Positions 47,547-57,895 of a DNA stretch of 64,000 nt are shown here, in pieces. A program made the position numbers and the translations under genes. The DNA lies in IMG/VR virus record IMGVR_UViG_3300031673_000012, positions 1 through 64,000 of that record; one strand, written 5' to 3'. The notes under the pieces are model-generated. The model worked only from the letters and a program-made list of their open reading frames with translations, made no database searches and was not told where the DNA came from. Origin of the DNA: a virus. Numbering within the stretch: the stretch's first letter is position 1; the number at the start of each line of letters is the position of its first letter.

Positions 47547-49073
47547 TTAATCGATATATACACCTTCACCCTGAACAAGCATCAGATTAAATATTAATTC
47601 CTGAAGAGATGGGATTGGCCATATTTTCAAGTTAATTTTATATTTCCCATTCTGAACATCAACAGGATCATTAACTTGAAGATCATCTATAGTATTTGCA
47701 AACTGGTCTCCATAATATTCGTATTTATAGATTGCCCTATAAGCCGGAGAAGATAATTTATCCAGATAAGGTTTTAGATGATAATAGATTTTATTAAAAG
47801 TAATGGGATCTGTCGGTTCTTCCAAATAGGATTCCAGAATTGGTTTTAAAGTTTTTTTCATCCAGAGAACCAACATAACTACACTTAAAAATTTCTCTTG
47901 ATTATTTGCAAACTGAGCTGAAAAATTACCAGAAAGTTGAACTATCCCATTTTTCTGAACCATCATATTAATTTGAGAATTTGCTAATAAATTAAGATCA
48001 GCAAAAGAAGCAGGAGTACCAAAATTATTCACAACCCCAATAGCATCCTGAACAGCCCCTTTAGTTTGACCGGCAAGAGAATACCATTCACCAAAATTAT
48101 TATGAACATAAGCAGCTATTCCAAGAATATCCCCCATTTCTGACATAGCTTTTTCCTGAAGAGTTTTTTCTTCTCTAATCCTAATTCCCCCACCATAGAT
48201 AGCTCCATATTTAGAATCACTAGCAATAACTACTCTTTCTGCTACTAAGGTAGTTGCAGTAACAAGAGAATTTGGTAAATGAGCAAAGAATACCAGATCT
48301 TTTCTAGCAGTAGCATAAGTAATTCCCGCAGCATTCACACCATCATCATCCTGTTCAGGAGCAGCTAAAATAAGACCATCATCAACCCCATCAAATGTAA
48401 CCATAGCATTTGTATAATCCCCAGCTACATGCCCAGTAGGATCAACTCCACCCGTAAATGCAGAAGCAGCAGCTACAGCTGGAATAAGTAATACAGCAGC
48501 AGAAGCATCAGCATAAGTAAAATCAAAATTTTGAGACATTGCCTTAACCTCATCCAAACAGGTCTGATTATTCGCAGTAGATGCAATAAAAGAACCAATA
48601 TTTACATATACCTCATTAAGTTCAGGTTCAACATCATGGATAATTTCCATATTCCAATAATCAGATGACCCATTAGAAGCAGCTTTAATTTCAATCTTAA
48701 AGCTATTATAATTAACTCCTTTGTATTTTGGTTGAACAGAGAAAAGAGTAACTGGAGTACCATCACCGTTTGCTATATTCTTTGAAGAAGCTTTAACAGC
48801 TGGAGTTGCAGCTGCATCTACTCTACATACTCTCAATCTAGCACCCCGTACTAATGACCTTTTACAAAGATATGGAAAATCAGAAGTTTCCATGAAACCA
48901 CCAAAAACTCTCTCAAATTGAGGCCAACTATTTATTAGTGAAACGTTCAAAACTGGTTGTTCTACAGGACCCCTCTTAGTTATCCCTAATACGTAAAAAA
49001 TACCCGGAGCAGGTGTAGATACACCAGGTGTAAAATTCTTCACGTTAAATTGAACTTTAGCTGCGTCTGGCAT
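47547..49073 (-). CDS. tail sheath protein
   Basis: GITKRGP, SWPQFERVFGG, WYSLAG, EPTD; C-terminal sheath pattern. Confidence 0.92.
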   Translation of the reverse strand: MPDAAKVQFNVKNFTPGVSTPAPGIFYVLGITKRGPVEQPVLNVSLINSWPQFERVFGGFMETSDFPYLCKRSLVRGARLRVCRVDAAATPAVKASSKNIANGDGTPVTLFSVQPKYKGVNYNSFKIEIKAASNGSSDYWNMEIIHDVEPELNEVYVNIGSFIASTANNQTCLDEVKAMSQNFDFTYADASAAVLLIPAVAAASAFTGGVDPTGHVAGDYTNAMVTFDGVDDGLILAAPEQDDDGVNAAGITYATARKDLVFFAHLPNSLVTATTLVAERVVIASDSKYGAIYGGGIRIREEKTLQEKAMSEMGDILGIAAYVHNNFGEWYSLAGQTKGAVQDAIGVVNNFGTPASFADLNLLANSQINMMVQKNGIVQLSGNFSAQFANNQEKFLSVVMLVLWMKKTLKPILESYLEEPTDPITFNKIYYHLKPYLDKLSSPAYRAIYKYEYYGDQFANTIDDLQVNDPVDVQNGKYKINLKIWPIPSLQELIFNLMLVQGEGVYID

Positions 49074-49134
49074 AATTATTAAATTTTATGATTTTAAATC
49101 TTTTTATTTAATATATAAAACTATGGTATTGTAC

Positions 49135-49851
49135 TCAAGTAATAACCATGGGGTCAGAATCATAACCCCAACTTCCATCCATATATTTCTGTAAATTAAT
49201 ATTTAATGTTATTTCACTTATCTTAGCAATAGTACCAGCCAATTCTATATCCTCTCTATCCCAAGCATCCGGTATTTCATAAGCATAAACATGTTCAATT
49301 ATACCTTGTTGTATATCGCTTTGATCAAAATAGTTTAAATATCTTATAAAAAATAAATTAGACAAACTATTATACCATGGTAAATAACCTCTTCTTGGAA
49401 TAGCCAAAGCTAATAAAGAATTTAATATTCTAGACTGAGCTATAGTATTTGATATAAGATGAAAATTAATATAAAAATCTACAGTTTGAGGGGGAGTGAC
49501 CAAGGCTTTATATGGTTCCCCAATACCTTGATCCAAGAAGTACTTACGAGGGTCTCCCCCTAAAGCCCCGGATAAAAAATTACCAGAATCCATAACAATT
49601 CTTGGTATCTTTTCTATACCCCTAGACTCACTGCTACCCCCGCTAAAAATTTCTATAGCAAACCCCTTAGCTCCATCTGCTATTGTTTTAATATCTGCCT
49701 TCCATTTATCCCAACCTATTTGTGTATTTGGATAAGTAACATTATCAGCAATATCTGGTAAATATAATTTATCAACCAATTCTACACGAATAGCCTCAAA
49801 TAAACTTCTTTCAATTATTTCTTGAACGGTTGCTAAAGCTGTATCAGACAT
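49135..49851 (-). CDS. tail terminator/completion protein
   Basis: Position upstream of the sheath; PRI motif. Confidence 0.6.
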   Translation of the reverse strand: MSDTALATVQEIIERSLFEAIRVELVDKLYLPDIADNVTYPNTQIGWDKWKADIKTIADGAKGFAIEIFSGGSSESRGIEKIPRIVMDSGNFLSGALGGDPRKYFLDQGIGEPYKALVTPPQTVDFYINFHLISNTIAQSRILNSLLALAIPRRGYLPWYNSLSNLFFIRYLNYFDQSDIQQGIIEHVYAYEIPDAWDREDIELAGTIAKISEITLNINLQKYMDGSWGYDSDPMVIT

Positions 49852-50429
49852 TATATAATAGGAGTTATATTAATCCCTTTTCTTTTTAAATTCCTAATTA
49901 AATGAAATTGCAAAAAACTTTTTAAACCAGCCATCCCTTTCATATCACGTTTAAAAGTATCAGCAAAAATTGGCCTAGCTGGTATCCCCATACTCCAAGC
50001 TCCATGTTCAAGTATATTTGCATATTCACTAATAGTTAAAAGTTCACCCTCATGGGAATGATAAGGTACTCTCATTAACCCTCTAGGTATTCCAATTCCA
50101 AGTCTCCCACCCGGTAAACCCATTATCCCAACTGCATTGTGCATAGCTCCACTCCAATAAAATAATCGAGCAGGACCACCGTACCTGGTTTTATATTGTT
50201 TATATTTAACTGAATGTCCAGGGTACCCAAATCTTTTACCACCAGTTCTTATATTTGTTTTTACACGATCTCGATATTCTTCAGCAAATTTTCTTTGAGC
50301 TGATTTAGCTGCCAACATTAAATTAAGATCAATAGAACCCACCATCTGATTAAATCTTAACCAGTCTCCCTCCAATCTAATCCCTACATCAAATGCCCCT
50401 CTGGTTCTTACACCATGTCGTACAGCCAT
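49851..50429 (-). CDS. neck / virion morphogenesis protein
   Basis: YANILEHG...IPARPIF motif. Confidence 0.75.
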   Translation of the reverse strand: MAVRHGVRTRGAFDVGIRLEGDWLRFNQMVGSIDLNLMLAAKSAQRKFAEEYRDRVKTNIRTGGKRFGYPGHSVKYKQYKTRYGGPARLFYWSGAMHNAVGIMGLPGGRLGIGIPRGLMRVPYHSHEGELLTISEYANILEHGAWSMGIPARPIFADTFKRDMKGMAGLKSFLQFHLIRNLKRKGINITPII

Positions 50430-50441
50430 AATAATTATAAA

Positions 50442-50900
50442 TTAATATTTAGCATCCCCAGTTTTAGTTTCTTCTCTTTTAAGAATTATATAAAATAATA
50501 ATGATTCATCACCTGCCTGAGCTACTGGAGTTTCTCCTGCTGAACGGTATTTGATACCCATGTGAAAAAATTCATCTTGACCAGGGTCTAGAGCAAAAAA
50601 TCCATCGGCATTCAAATAACCATTATCAGCAAGATATTTTTTATTTAATATTATTACTGTGTTTTCCTTATCAATAGCTCCACCTATATTTTCATCTGTC
50701 ATTGGCCGAGTAAAGAAAAAGTTATAAGCCATTAAACATTTTAATGGGATATCAACATAAACTTCATTAGATTGTATATCTTCCCCATACCTTTGAAAAC
50801 CACGGGTATACCTACGCCATGTAACAGTAGCCTGATTAAAAGAGTCATGAACACCATTAATGATATCTTTATATTGTTGCCATTGAGCTGTAGTTAACAT
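50442..50900 (-). CDS. head-closure / head-tail adaptor protein
   Basis: Size and synteny; beta-rich. Confidence 0.6.
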   Translation of the reverse strand: MLTTAQWQQYKDIINGVHDSFNQATVTWRRYTRGFQRYGEDIQSNEVYVDIPLKCLMAYNFFFTRPMTDENIGGAIDKENTVIILNKKYLADNGYLNADGFFALDPGQDEFFHMGIKYRSAGETPVAQAGDESLLFYIILKREETKTGDAKY

Positions 50901-51316
50901 TAACTGTTACCCTTTCTTAAGATTAAACTTAATCCCACACATAATGCAAGAAATTGAAACATAGCCAGAAATTGAACGTGATCAATTCCCGACCAGTTAA
51001 AAAACCACTGCCATACCTGATCATATAATTTTGTTTTGCCAATATAAAATAGATCGAGTCTGGCACATTTATTTAATATCAAATTAAATAACGCAAATCG
51101 TAAAAGCACGTAACCAATAATAACCCTTACAAAAATAGGTTTATATTCATACATTCTCAATCCAGTTTTCCAAGCAAATAAACCCAGAGTGGTACCCGAC
51201 AGATAAATAAAATAAAATACTCCTGCAAGTGTCTTATGCCCCGCTAGCGCAAGTCCATCAGGGACAGCCTTAAAAACTATCAAAAAAAGAGCAAGAATAA
51301 AAATCTGCCAATTCAT
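50900..51316 (-). CDS. multi-TM membrane protein
   Basis: Four hydrophobic segments. Confidence 0.75.
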   Translation of the reverse strand: MNWQIFILALFLIVFKAVPDGLALAGHKTLAGVFYFIYLSGTTLGLFAWKTGLRMYEYKPIFVRVIIGYVLLRFALFNLILNKCARLDLFYIGKTKLYDQVWQWFFNWSGIDHVQFLAMFQFLALCVGLSLILRKGNS

Positions 51317-51717
51317 TATCTTTTTTTAATAATTAAAAACTTATATTTTTCAATTACACTTGGATCAATAACTCCAAGTGTATCAAAAGCAACTAATATA
51401 ATGGTATTCATTGAATAACTAAACATCACATACGCTGCATAACCTTCTGTATCTGCAAAAATAAATGGTAAAGGATACCATGCCTCATCTATAAAAAAAA
51501 ATCCTAAAACAGTTCCATTATTAACAACATCTTCATCTATCGCTGTATTTACAAGAGCATAAACATTAGCTACCCTCCCCATAAATTCACCTTCAATCCA
51601 TGAAATAGAAGTTGCTAATAAAATAAAAGTTGTAATTCCAGGTATACCGAGAACCGTCTTGAGTGCGGAATTTGTAGCACCATCCAATTCAGATGGTTTC
51701 TTTCCAATTAAAGTCAT
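51316..51717 (-). CDS. hypothetical protein
   Basis: 133 aa ORF. Confidence 0.7.
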   Translation of the reverse strand: MTLIGKKPSELDGATNSALKTVLGIPGITTFILLATSISWIEGEFMGRVANVYALVNTAIDEDVVNNGTVLGFFFIDEAWYPLPFIFADTEGYAAYVMFSYSMNTIILVAFDTLGVIDPSVIEKYKFLIIKKR

Positions 51718-51729
51718 AATATTAATTTA

Positions 51730-51843
51730 TTAAATTAATAATTTTATATAAAACTGACCATCTTCAGTACTGATATAAAACTGACCATCCTCAGTTAATA
51801 AAGCTATACCAATAAATTGAAAATTAGTTATAATGAATTTCAT
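51730..51843 (-). CDS. small peptide with tandem TEDGQFYI repeat
   Basis: 37 aa ORF read manually; DNA repeat with 27-bp period. Confidence 0.6.
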   Translation of the reverse strand: MKFIITNFQFIGIALLTEDGQFYISTEDGQFYIKLLI

Positions 51844-51848
51844 ATCTT

Positions 51849-52715
51849 TTATCCTTGTGATGGTTCAAACTCTGAAGTTGAATCAGAGAGAGTAGGGTAA
51901 ACCCAATCTGGATTTTGAAAATACTTTGGAGTAATTATCATATTTCTCTCTGCACACATTGGTAATTTAACCTGAAGAAATTCTGAGAGCCCACAAATAT
52001 CTTCTTTAAAAGTATCAAGAGCACTTACTCCTTGAGCATTTCGTTTAAACATAGTTTCAATAGTATCCCCAACTGGAAAATATTCCACTCTAGTTGGACC
52101 AGTTTCTATACTCTTAACTCCTCCCTGACCAGTAGATTCTGAAGAAGTGAATGAACCACCAAAGAACCCAATTAAATTTCCCTTAGCTGCTAAAATTAAG
52201 GCATCATAAACAACCAATTTAGCTAATAAAGCATTTACTAATATAGGCCATTTTTCTTCAATATTCAAATCCTGGTCAGCAATATTAAAAGCTGATTGTA
52301 ATATCTTTCTCCAAAAGAAAATTCTTTGATTACGATAATCCTCGGATAATACTATGTTAGCGGGTAATTCTGCATTTAAATAAGCCTGAATAGTTTCAGA
52401 GAAAGGAACATAATCCAATACAGTTATGTTTCCTTTTACTAAAGGTATAACTTCTGTCGATACTTTTGTTTCTTCTATAATATATTCAAAAGTCCCATTA
52501 ATAGCAGAATGAGTAATAGTAAATGGTACTGTAATTTTACCGTTTATTTCATCTACATTACAAACTATTTCAATTGGAGTTAGGGTTAGATAGAGTAAAC
52601 ACTTAGCTGTACTATCAACCATATTATAAATAGTCCCATCAAAATTAGTAAACTTAAATACTTTACTCTCTGCTTTACCTTTTATTAATTTAAAATCAAT
52701 TTCCTTTACAGTCAT
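51849..52715 (-). CDS. head-tail connector-like protein with N-terminal Ig/BppU-like domain
   Basis: VKSIETGPTRVEY; position in the neck cluster. Confidence 0.6.
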   Translation of the reverse strand: MTVKEIDFKLIKGKAESKVFKFTNFDGTIYNMVDSTAKCLLYLTLTPIEIVCNVDEINGKITVPFTITHSAINGTFEYIIEETKVSTEVIPLVKGNITVLDYVPFSETIQAYLNAELPANIVLSEDYRNQRIFFWRKILQSAFNIADQDLNIEEKWPILVNALLAKLVVYDALILAAKGNLIGFFGGSFTSSESTGQGGVKSIETGPTRVEYFPVGDTIETMFKRNAQGVSALDTFKEDICGLSEFLQVKLPMCAERNMIITPKYFQNPDWVYPTLSDSTSEFEPSQG

Positions 52716-52748
52716 AATTATATATTTATTATATAAACTATAGTGTTG

Positions 52749-53024
52749 TTATTGTGTTTCGGTCTCTAAAATAACAATAGTTATAAATTCTGATTCCTTA
52801 GTTACAGGAGTTTCTTTCTGAACCATTTCAACATTAAGATCTGAATCCCCTACTTGAACCTCCATTGGCTCGAGTTCATCAACCATGATAGCTTCTAATT
52901 CTAATACTTCAACATCGAATTCCTGCCCATAAATAATACTCCCAGTTGAAATATTTAAGAAATGTTCTAAAGCTGTTCCTGTAGTTAAAGTTGATATTTC
53001 GACTAACCTTTCTCCTGTTGTCAT
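52749..53024 (-). CDS. acidic virion-associated hypothetical protein
   Basis: 91 aa ORF. Confidence 0.7.
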   Translation of the reverse strand: MTTGERLVEISTLTTGTALEHFLNISTGSIIYGQEFDVEVLELEAIMVDELEPMEVQVGDSDLNVEMVQKETPVTKESEFITIVILETETQ

Positions 53025-53494
53025 TATGGTAATACTTTATCCCAAACAGCATCGGCATTTCCAGAAGCATCAGGTATACCCATTAATTGATCATGTTCTT
53101 CAATAGATAATCCACTTCCAATAGTTTTAACAATTAACCCGGCTGAATTTGTTGGAATAACCTGTACTTGATTCTGAACTAATATACCACCTACCGCATC
53201 AAAGATATTATTATTACTTCCTATTAATATTACAGTATATTGACCATCCTCATATTCAACAGAGTATGGTGGTAATATTGATATTGCTCTTGCGTATGTA
53301 ATTCCTGCTACTGTAACTTCTGTATTATGATTATGTGTTTTTTGTTGAACAATTCCCTCTTCACTATCTTCCCATGATTTAAGTTGTAATCTAAAAGTAT
53401 TTGTATCATGATTATATAATGTTCCAGATATAAAAATTAAATCTACTTTTGGTACGAAAATCACATGGGTTAAAGGATTAACAGAAATTGCCAT
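53024..53494 (-). CDS. virion-associated hypothetical protein
   Basis: 156 aa ORF ending ADAVWD. Confidence 0.7.
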   Translation of the reverse strand: MAISVNPLTHVIFVPKVDLIFISGTLYNHDTNTFRLQLKSWEDSEEGIVQQKTHNHNTEVTVAGITYARAISILPPYSVEYEDGQYTVILIGSNNNIFDAVGGILVQNQVQVIPTNSAGLIVKTIGSGLSIEEHDQLMGIPDASGNADAVWDKVLP

Positions 53495-53739
53495 TATTCA
53501 GTTCCTCCACTAAATAATTTTGTTTGAACTCCAGCTAATTGAATTTTAAATTGTTCTATTTGTGCTTTTTGTGCTCTTAATTCTGCTTCTAATGAAAAAA
53601 TTTTTTCCCGCATCTCTCTCAATTCTCTTCGAGTTTCTTTTGAATAAGCAATTACTGTCATTACATTTCTCGTAGTAACTTCTTCAAAAGCTTTTTTTAA
53701 TTCTTTTTCTCCTGATTGGAATATTTCATCTTTACTCAT
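53494..53739 (-). CDS. coiled-coil hypothetical protein
   Basis: 81 aa ORF. Confidence 0.7.
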   Translation of the reverse strand: MSKDEIFQSGEKELKKAFEEVTTRNVMTVIAYSKETRRELREMREKIFSLEAELRAQKAQIEQFKIQLAGVQTKLFSGGTE

Positions 53740-55552
53740 CTGGTATCATTTGAATTATTTGATTAAGTCCTGTAACACTATCTACGGTTCCTACTATTGG
53801 ACTTTGCTGATATAAAATACCTGAAGTAGCCCTTCTAACTCTTCCTATTACTGGTTGATCTATACCTACAATTCTCACATCTTCAATTTCTCCAATAGAA
53901 TCAGTTATCCCATTAATAAAAGCAAAAGTTGCTAATATTGTTCCAGTAGCAGGAGAACTTGCAGACTCAACCATTGTATATGAATATGAATTATCACTTA
54001 TATAGGTAATTTCATATGCTCCATTATATGCTTCTTCATTAGCTCCAAGTATAATTATATTATCTCCTGAACTTAAACCATGATCTGTATGAGTTACAGT
54101 TGCAGTTGTTCCCGAGCTTACTATTGTAACTAAATCTTGATAAGGAAAATTAGTATCATCAGTAACCCATAAAAGAACTCTTGCTCCTATAACTTCATCT
54201 CCTGAAAGAATATCTTTTACTATTATCTTTGTTGTAACAGATGCTCCAAGAAATGTAACTGTACTACCAGTATAAGTACTTGGATCGGATCCATCATTTT
54301 TATAAATCCCAATAGCACTACCTGATGTATTATTTACAGCATAAGTATTACCTGAAAAAGTTAAATTATAATATGCAAATGGACTTCCAGTTGCACTTGG
54401 GTGTTGGACTCCTGCTCCAGTTGTATTAGCAATAAATTTAGAGTTTTTAATATTAGTACTACTACTCCAAAGTAATGCTCCAAGTGTACTTGTAGTTTCA
54501 GAAAAAGTAATATTTCTTGCTACTACCGCTCCAATATCTATTTGTCCACACGCTTGAAATACTACACCTGCAAGTATATGAGATGTATCAGAACCAAAAT
54601 CTATTCCTTGATCAACTAACTGAAACTTAGTATTATATAATTCTAATACATCTAAATTAGAATCAGTAAAATCAACATATAATTCTGGACCAGCACTAAG
54701 ATAAGTTGATCCTGATCGACCATTTATTGTATCTCCACTACCTACAACAACTCCATCAATAAATGTATTAGTTCCTGTAGAATTTCCTACTGCTGATATA
54801 TTATAAGTTAAGGCACCACTATCAAGAAATACTACTGTAGCATTTTGATCTTTAAAATATGTTGTAGTAGTACCACTATTATCTCCAAATGTTATATCTC
54901 CTTGTACTCCATAAACACCAGGTTGATATTCCATTACTATTCCATAAGCCTTACCTGCTGATGTACTTGCATCATCAGCTGCTATTTCTGCCCATATACC
55001 AGGATCACCTGATGTTCCTCCTTTTATATTAAGTCCTGTTCCATGACGAGCTATATCAATAAAACAGTTTTCTGTACCCCCTAGAGATTTAGCAAGTGTT
55101 TTAAATCCAACTCCAACTTGAGTAATAGAACCCCATACCATTGAACCCTCACTACCTGCTAATGTTGACTTATAAGTAGGCAAATTATTAGCATCAAGCA
55201 TATAACAAGTCCAACCACCAACGTTAAATGCTGGATAATAATTACTACCTCCTACATGATATGCCATCCTATTTGTCCCATCTCCTACAACAATTCTTAC
55301 CCCACCATTTTCAATAGTATCCATCTGTCCTCTTGGAGACATCCAAATATATATCTTTCTATTTAAAGCATTAAATGAAGAAACAGTTTGATATCCCTGT
55401 ACGGTGGAATTAGAAACAACAACACCTAAACAGTTCGTACCTTCCCTCTGAAATCCTGCAAAAGTATCAAATGTTATACCTACCCAAGTGCCAATGGTAT
55501 CAGCATCCCAAAGTTCTGTCATTGTTTCTGTTATGGTTATACTTACTGCCAT
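53732..55552 (-). CDS. virion accessory protein (beta-rich, FCCH-like small domain near the C-terminus)
   Basis: 606 aa, Thr/Gly/Ser-rich; TATVTHTDHGLSSGD...YNG motif. Confidence 0.75.
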   Translation of the reverse strand: MAVSITITETMTELWDADTIGTWVGITFDTFAGFQREGTNCLGVVVSNSTVQGYQTVSSFNALNRKIYIWMSPRGQMDTIENGGVRIVVGDGTNRMAYHVGGSNYYPAFNVGGWTCYMLDANNLPTYKSTLAGSEGSMVWGSITQVGVGFKTLAKSLGGTENCFIDIARHGTGLNIKGGTSGDPGIWAEIAADDASTSAGKAYGIVMEYQPGVYGVQGDITFGDNSGTTTTYFKDQNATVVFLDSGALTYNISAVGNSTGTNTFIDGVVVGSGDTINGRSGSTYLSAGPELYVDFTDSNLDVLELYNTKFQLVDQGIDFGSDTSHILAGVVFQACGQIDIGAVVARNITFSETTSTLGALLWSSSTNIKNSKFIANTTGAGVQHPSATGSPFAYYNLTFSGNTYAVNNTSGSAIGIYKNDGSDPSTYTGSTVTFLGASVTTKIIVKDILSGDEVIGARVLLWVTDDTNFPYQDLVTIVSSGTTATVTHTDHGLSSGDNIIILGANEEAYNGAYEITYISDNSYSYTMVESASSPATGTILATFAFINGITDSIGEIEDVRIVGIDQPVIGRVRRATSGILYQQSPIVGTVDSVTGLNQIIQMIPDE

Positions 55553-55959
55553 GACTTTTTAAACCTATCATATAAAATTATTGATGCCGTATGTATCCCC
55601 TGCATAAGACCAGAATCTCTTGGAGTTTCAACCTTTAAAGAAATATCAATTCCTCTCTTTAAAAGTGGAGTTAAATTTACTCCACTTTTACCAAAAATAT
55701 ATAAAACATTTTCTGGGTGTATAAAATCTTTTAATCTAACACTTCCTTTTTCATGCAAAAATATAATATTTAAATCCCTATTTTCTTCAAGAACTTCTTG
55801 CATTGTCTGACGTTCTGTAAGATATTGATTTAATATTCCAGAAACAGGAACCATATAAAATTGATCAACAAGAAATTCCCTTACTAACAATTCCCACACA
55901 TTTATTTCCATAAGAGGAGCATTCCAAGTCCTCTCCCACATTCCTGCAATCTTAATCAT
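55543..55959 (-). CDS. SPOUT-fold (TrmL/SpoU-like) methyltransferase-like protein
   Basis: HPENVLYIFG...ISLKVETP...TASIILYDR resembles the SPOUT knot. Confidence 0.6.
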   Translation of the reverse strand: MIKIAGMWERTWNAPLMEINVWELLVREFLVDQFYMVPVSGILNQYLTERQTMQEVLEENRDLNIIFLHEKGSVRLKDFIHPENVLYIFGKSGVNLTPLLKRGIDISLKVETPRDSGLMQGIHTASIILYDRFKKSWQ

Positions 55960-57731
55960 TAAGCATCTGTTGTTCTAATTACTGATATACTTTGACCTGA
56001 TGATAAAAAAGTCCAAGCAGAAATAAACTGCTTAATTGGACTTCCACCACCATCTCTTACAATTACTACAAGATTTCTATCTGAAACATAAGTACCTTGA
56101 TAAGATAATGAACCTGAATCTGCCAACTTATCTATATATGCTATATAAACATCATTACCAATAGAAGCATTAACAGAAAGAAAATCTTCATTACCATCAG
56201 TAGTATCAATAGTAAAATAATTAGGAGTACCATTCTCCCAACCTGAATAATGAAGCCTACGTTCAAAACCATTATTATCAATTACTCTAATATATCCTGT
56301 TGAAGGAGTATCTAATGGGATTGATTCTGTAACTTCTACCTGAGTAATATCATTAATAGTAAGAGCAAGATCAAGTGAAAGTTGATCTTTTTTAATCGCT
56401 GGATCACCATTAGTATCATAACTTGTACCATCCCAAGGAGCAACAAGAACATAATCTTCTCCTGATACAAGACCAGTGACAGAGTTTGTTACAAGATTAG
56501 GTGGACTCCATTGAACATTAGCAAGATCAAATAATTTATCTCCTGAATTTATATCTGATGGTTGAATACCTATACCATAGGCACCAATTATTTGTGTACC
56601 TGTAGAAACACCAATAAATGGTTTAGATATAAGAGCAGAACGATCTGTTACAGTTCCTTGTACTGCTGTTGCAGAAGCTCCATTTATAGTTACTCCACCA
56701 GAAGGAGCTTGTCCTGTAAGTATTTGTATCCACATTTTTGTTCCTGCTGTTGTACTATCAATAGCAAGTAACTGTCCTGTTCCAGGTGTTGCTCCTGCCC
56801 AATCTAATTCTTCTGGTTCAACAAAAGTTCCAGTTGGAGATGATATAGCAATTTCATGAGTAATTCCTCTAAATAATTCTCCATTTAACCCATAAAGAGT
56901 TGAACTTGACCCATCTCTTGTTAACCACTTCATTCTTTCATAGAAATTATTAATAGTCCTACTTGGATAATTAGTATTCCATTCAGAATAAAAATACTCA
57001 AGAGTAGAATCATCATTAATATCTAAACCTTTATATCCCTCAGTTACAAGAGTAATTCCCGTCCATCCTGAAACAGTAGCTTCTATTGTTTGATTATTCA
57101 AATCTGTAGCATCCGCAAGAGCTAATACGTTATTACCTCTAGATGAGCCATTAATCTTAAATTCCTGATAAGTATAATTAAATCTACGAGCAGTACCAAT
57201 TATTCTTCTACCATCAATATCTCCACCATCAACTGCATAATCATGAACTTTAAGCATAAATCTATGAGAAATACCTGAATTATCATTATAGTTAAGACCA
57301 CCATCCCCTTGAACTTTATCCCTACAATTCCACCAATCATCTGCTAATACTTCACCATTCTGAATAATTTGGATCTGCACATCAGAATTACCAAAGTTTA
57401 CTATACCATCCCATATTATCTGATCTACACCTATCGTTCCTTGTATAACAGAACCATCATACAAATGTTCGGGAGCATTCACATCAAGCTTATAACTATT
57501 TATTAGAGTTATAATATTATCAGTAGATCTTCTTGAAGGATCAACATTGGTAATATCAAGTTCATCACTACTAGAGGGTACAGCCACAGCATCGTCTGCC
57601 AAAGATTGTAACCATCTATGGAACTCAATAACTGTTGCATAAGAAGGAGCTGAACCTGTATGGTCATCTCCTATATATGAGATAACCTTAGTATCCCTAT
57701 CAATTGTCCAATCAGCTGCTACTATAGCCAT
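55959..57731 (-). CDS. virion accessory protein
   Basis: 590 aa, acidic and beta-rich. Confidence 0.75.
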   Translation of the reverse strand: MAIVAADWTIDRDTKVISYIGDDHTGSAPSYATVIEFHRWLQSLADDAVAVPSSSDELDITNVDPSRRSTDNIITLINSYKLDVNAPEHLYDGSVIQGTIGVDQIIWDGIVNFGNSDVQIQIIQNGEVLADDWWNCRDKVQGDGGLNYNDNSGISHRFMLKVHDYAVDGGDIDGRRIIGTARRFNYTYQEFKINGSSRGNNVLALADATDLNNQTIEATVSGWTGITLVTEGYKGLDINDDSTLEYFYSEWNTNYPSRTINNFYERMKWLTRDGSSSTLYGLNGELFRGITHEIAISSPTGTFVEPEELDWAGATPGTGQLLAIDSTTAGTKMWIQILTGQAPSGGVTINGASATAVQGTVTDRSALISKPFIGVSTGTQIIGAYGIGIQPSDINSGDKLFDLANVQWSPPNLVTNSVTGLVSGEDYVLVAPWDGTSYDTNGDPAIKKDQLSLDLALTINDITQVEVTESIPLDTPSTGYIRVIDNNGFERRLHYSGWENGTPNYFTIDTTDGNEDFLSVNASIGNDVYIAYIDKLADSGSLSYQGTYVSDRNLVVIVRDGGGSPIKQFISAWTFLSSGQSISVIRTTDA

Positions 57732-57895
57732 AATTTTATAATTTTATATATTAATTAAAGTTAAAAGTTATACCGGAAAGAATAAAAAATTTACGAATAT
57801 AAAAATCATAACCCACACCAAAATTTAAATGTTGAAAAACTGTAACCACTCCGACATTCTCAAACCTAACCTAAAACCCATGAAAAAAAGTTTCC

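Noticed and set aside
32786-49073. Extracellular contractile injection system or T6SS
   Set aside because: The tail genes come with a TP901-type TMP, neck genes and a full phage replisome, so this is a phage tail.
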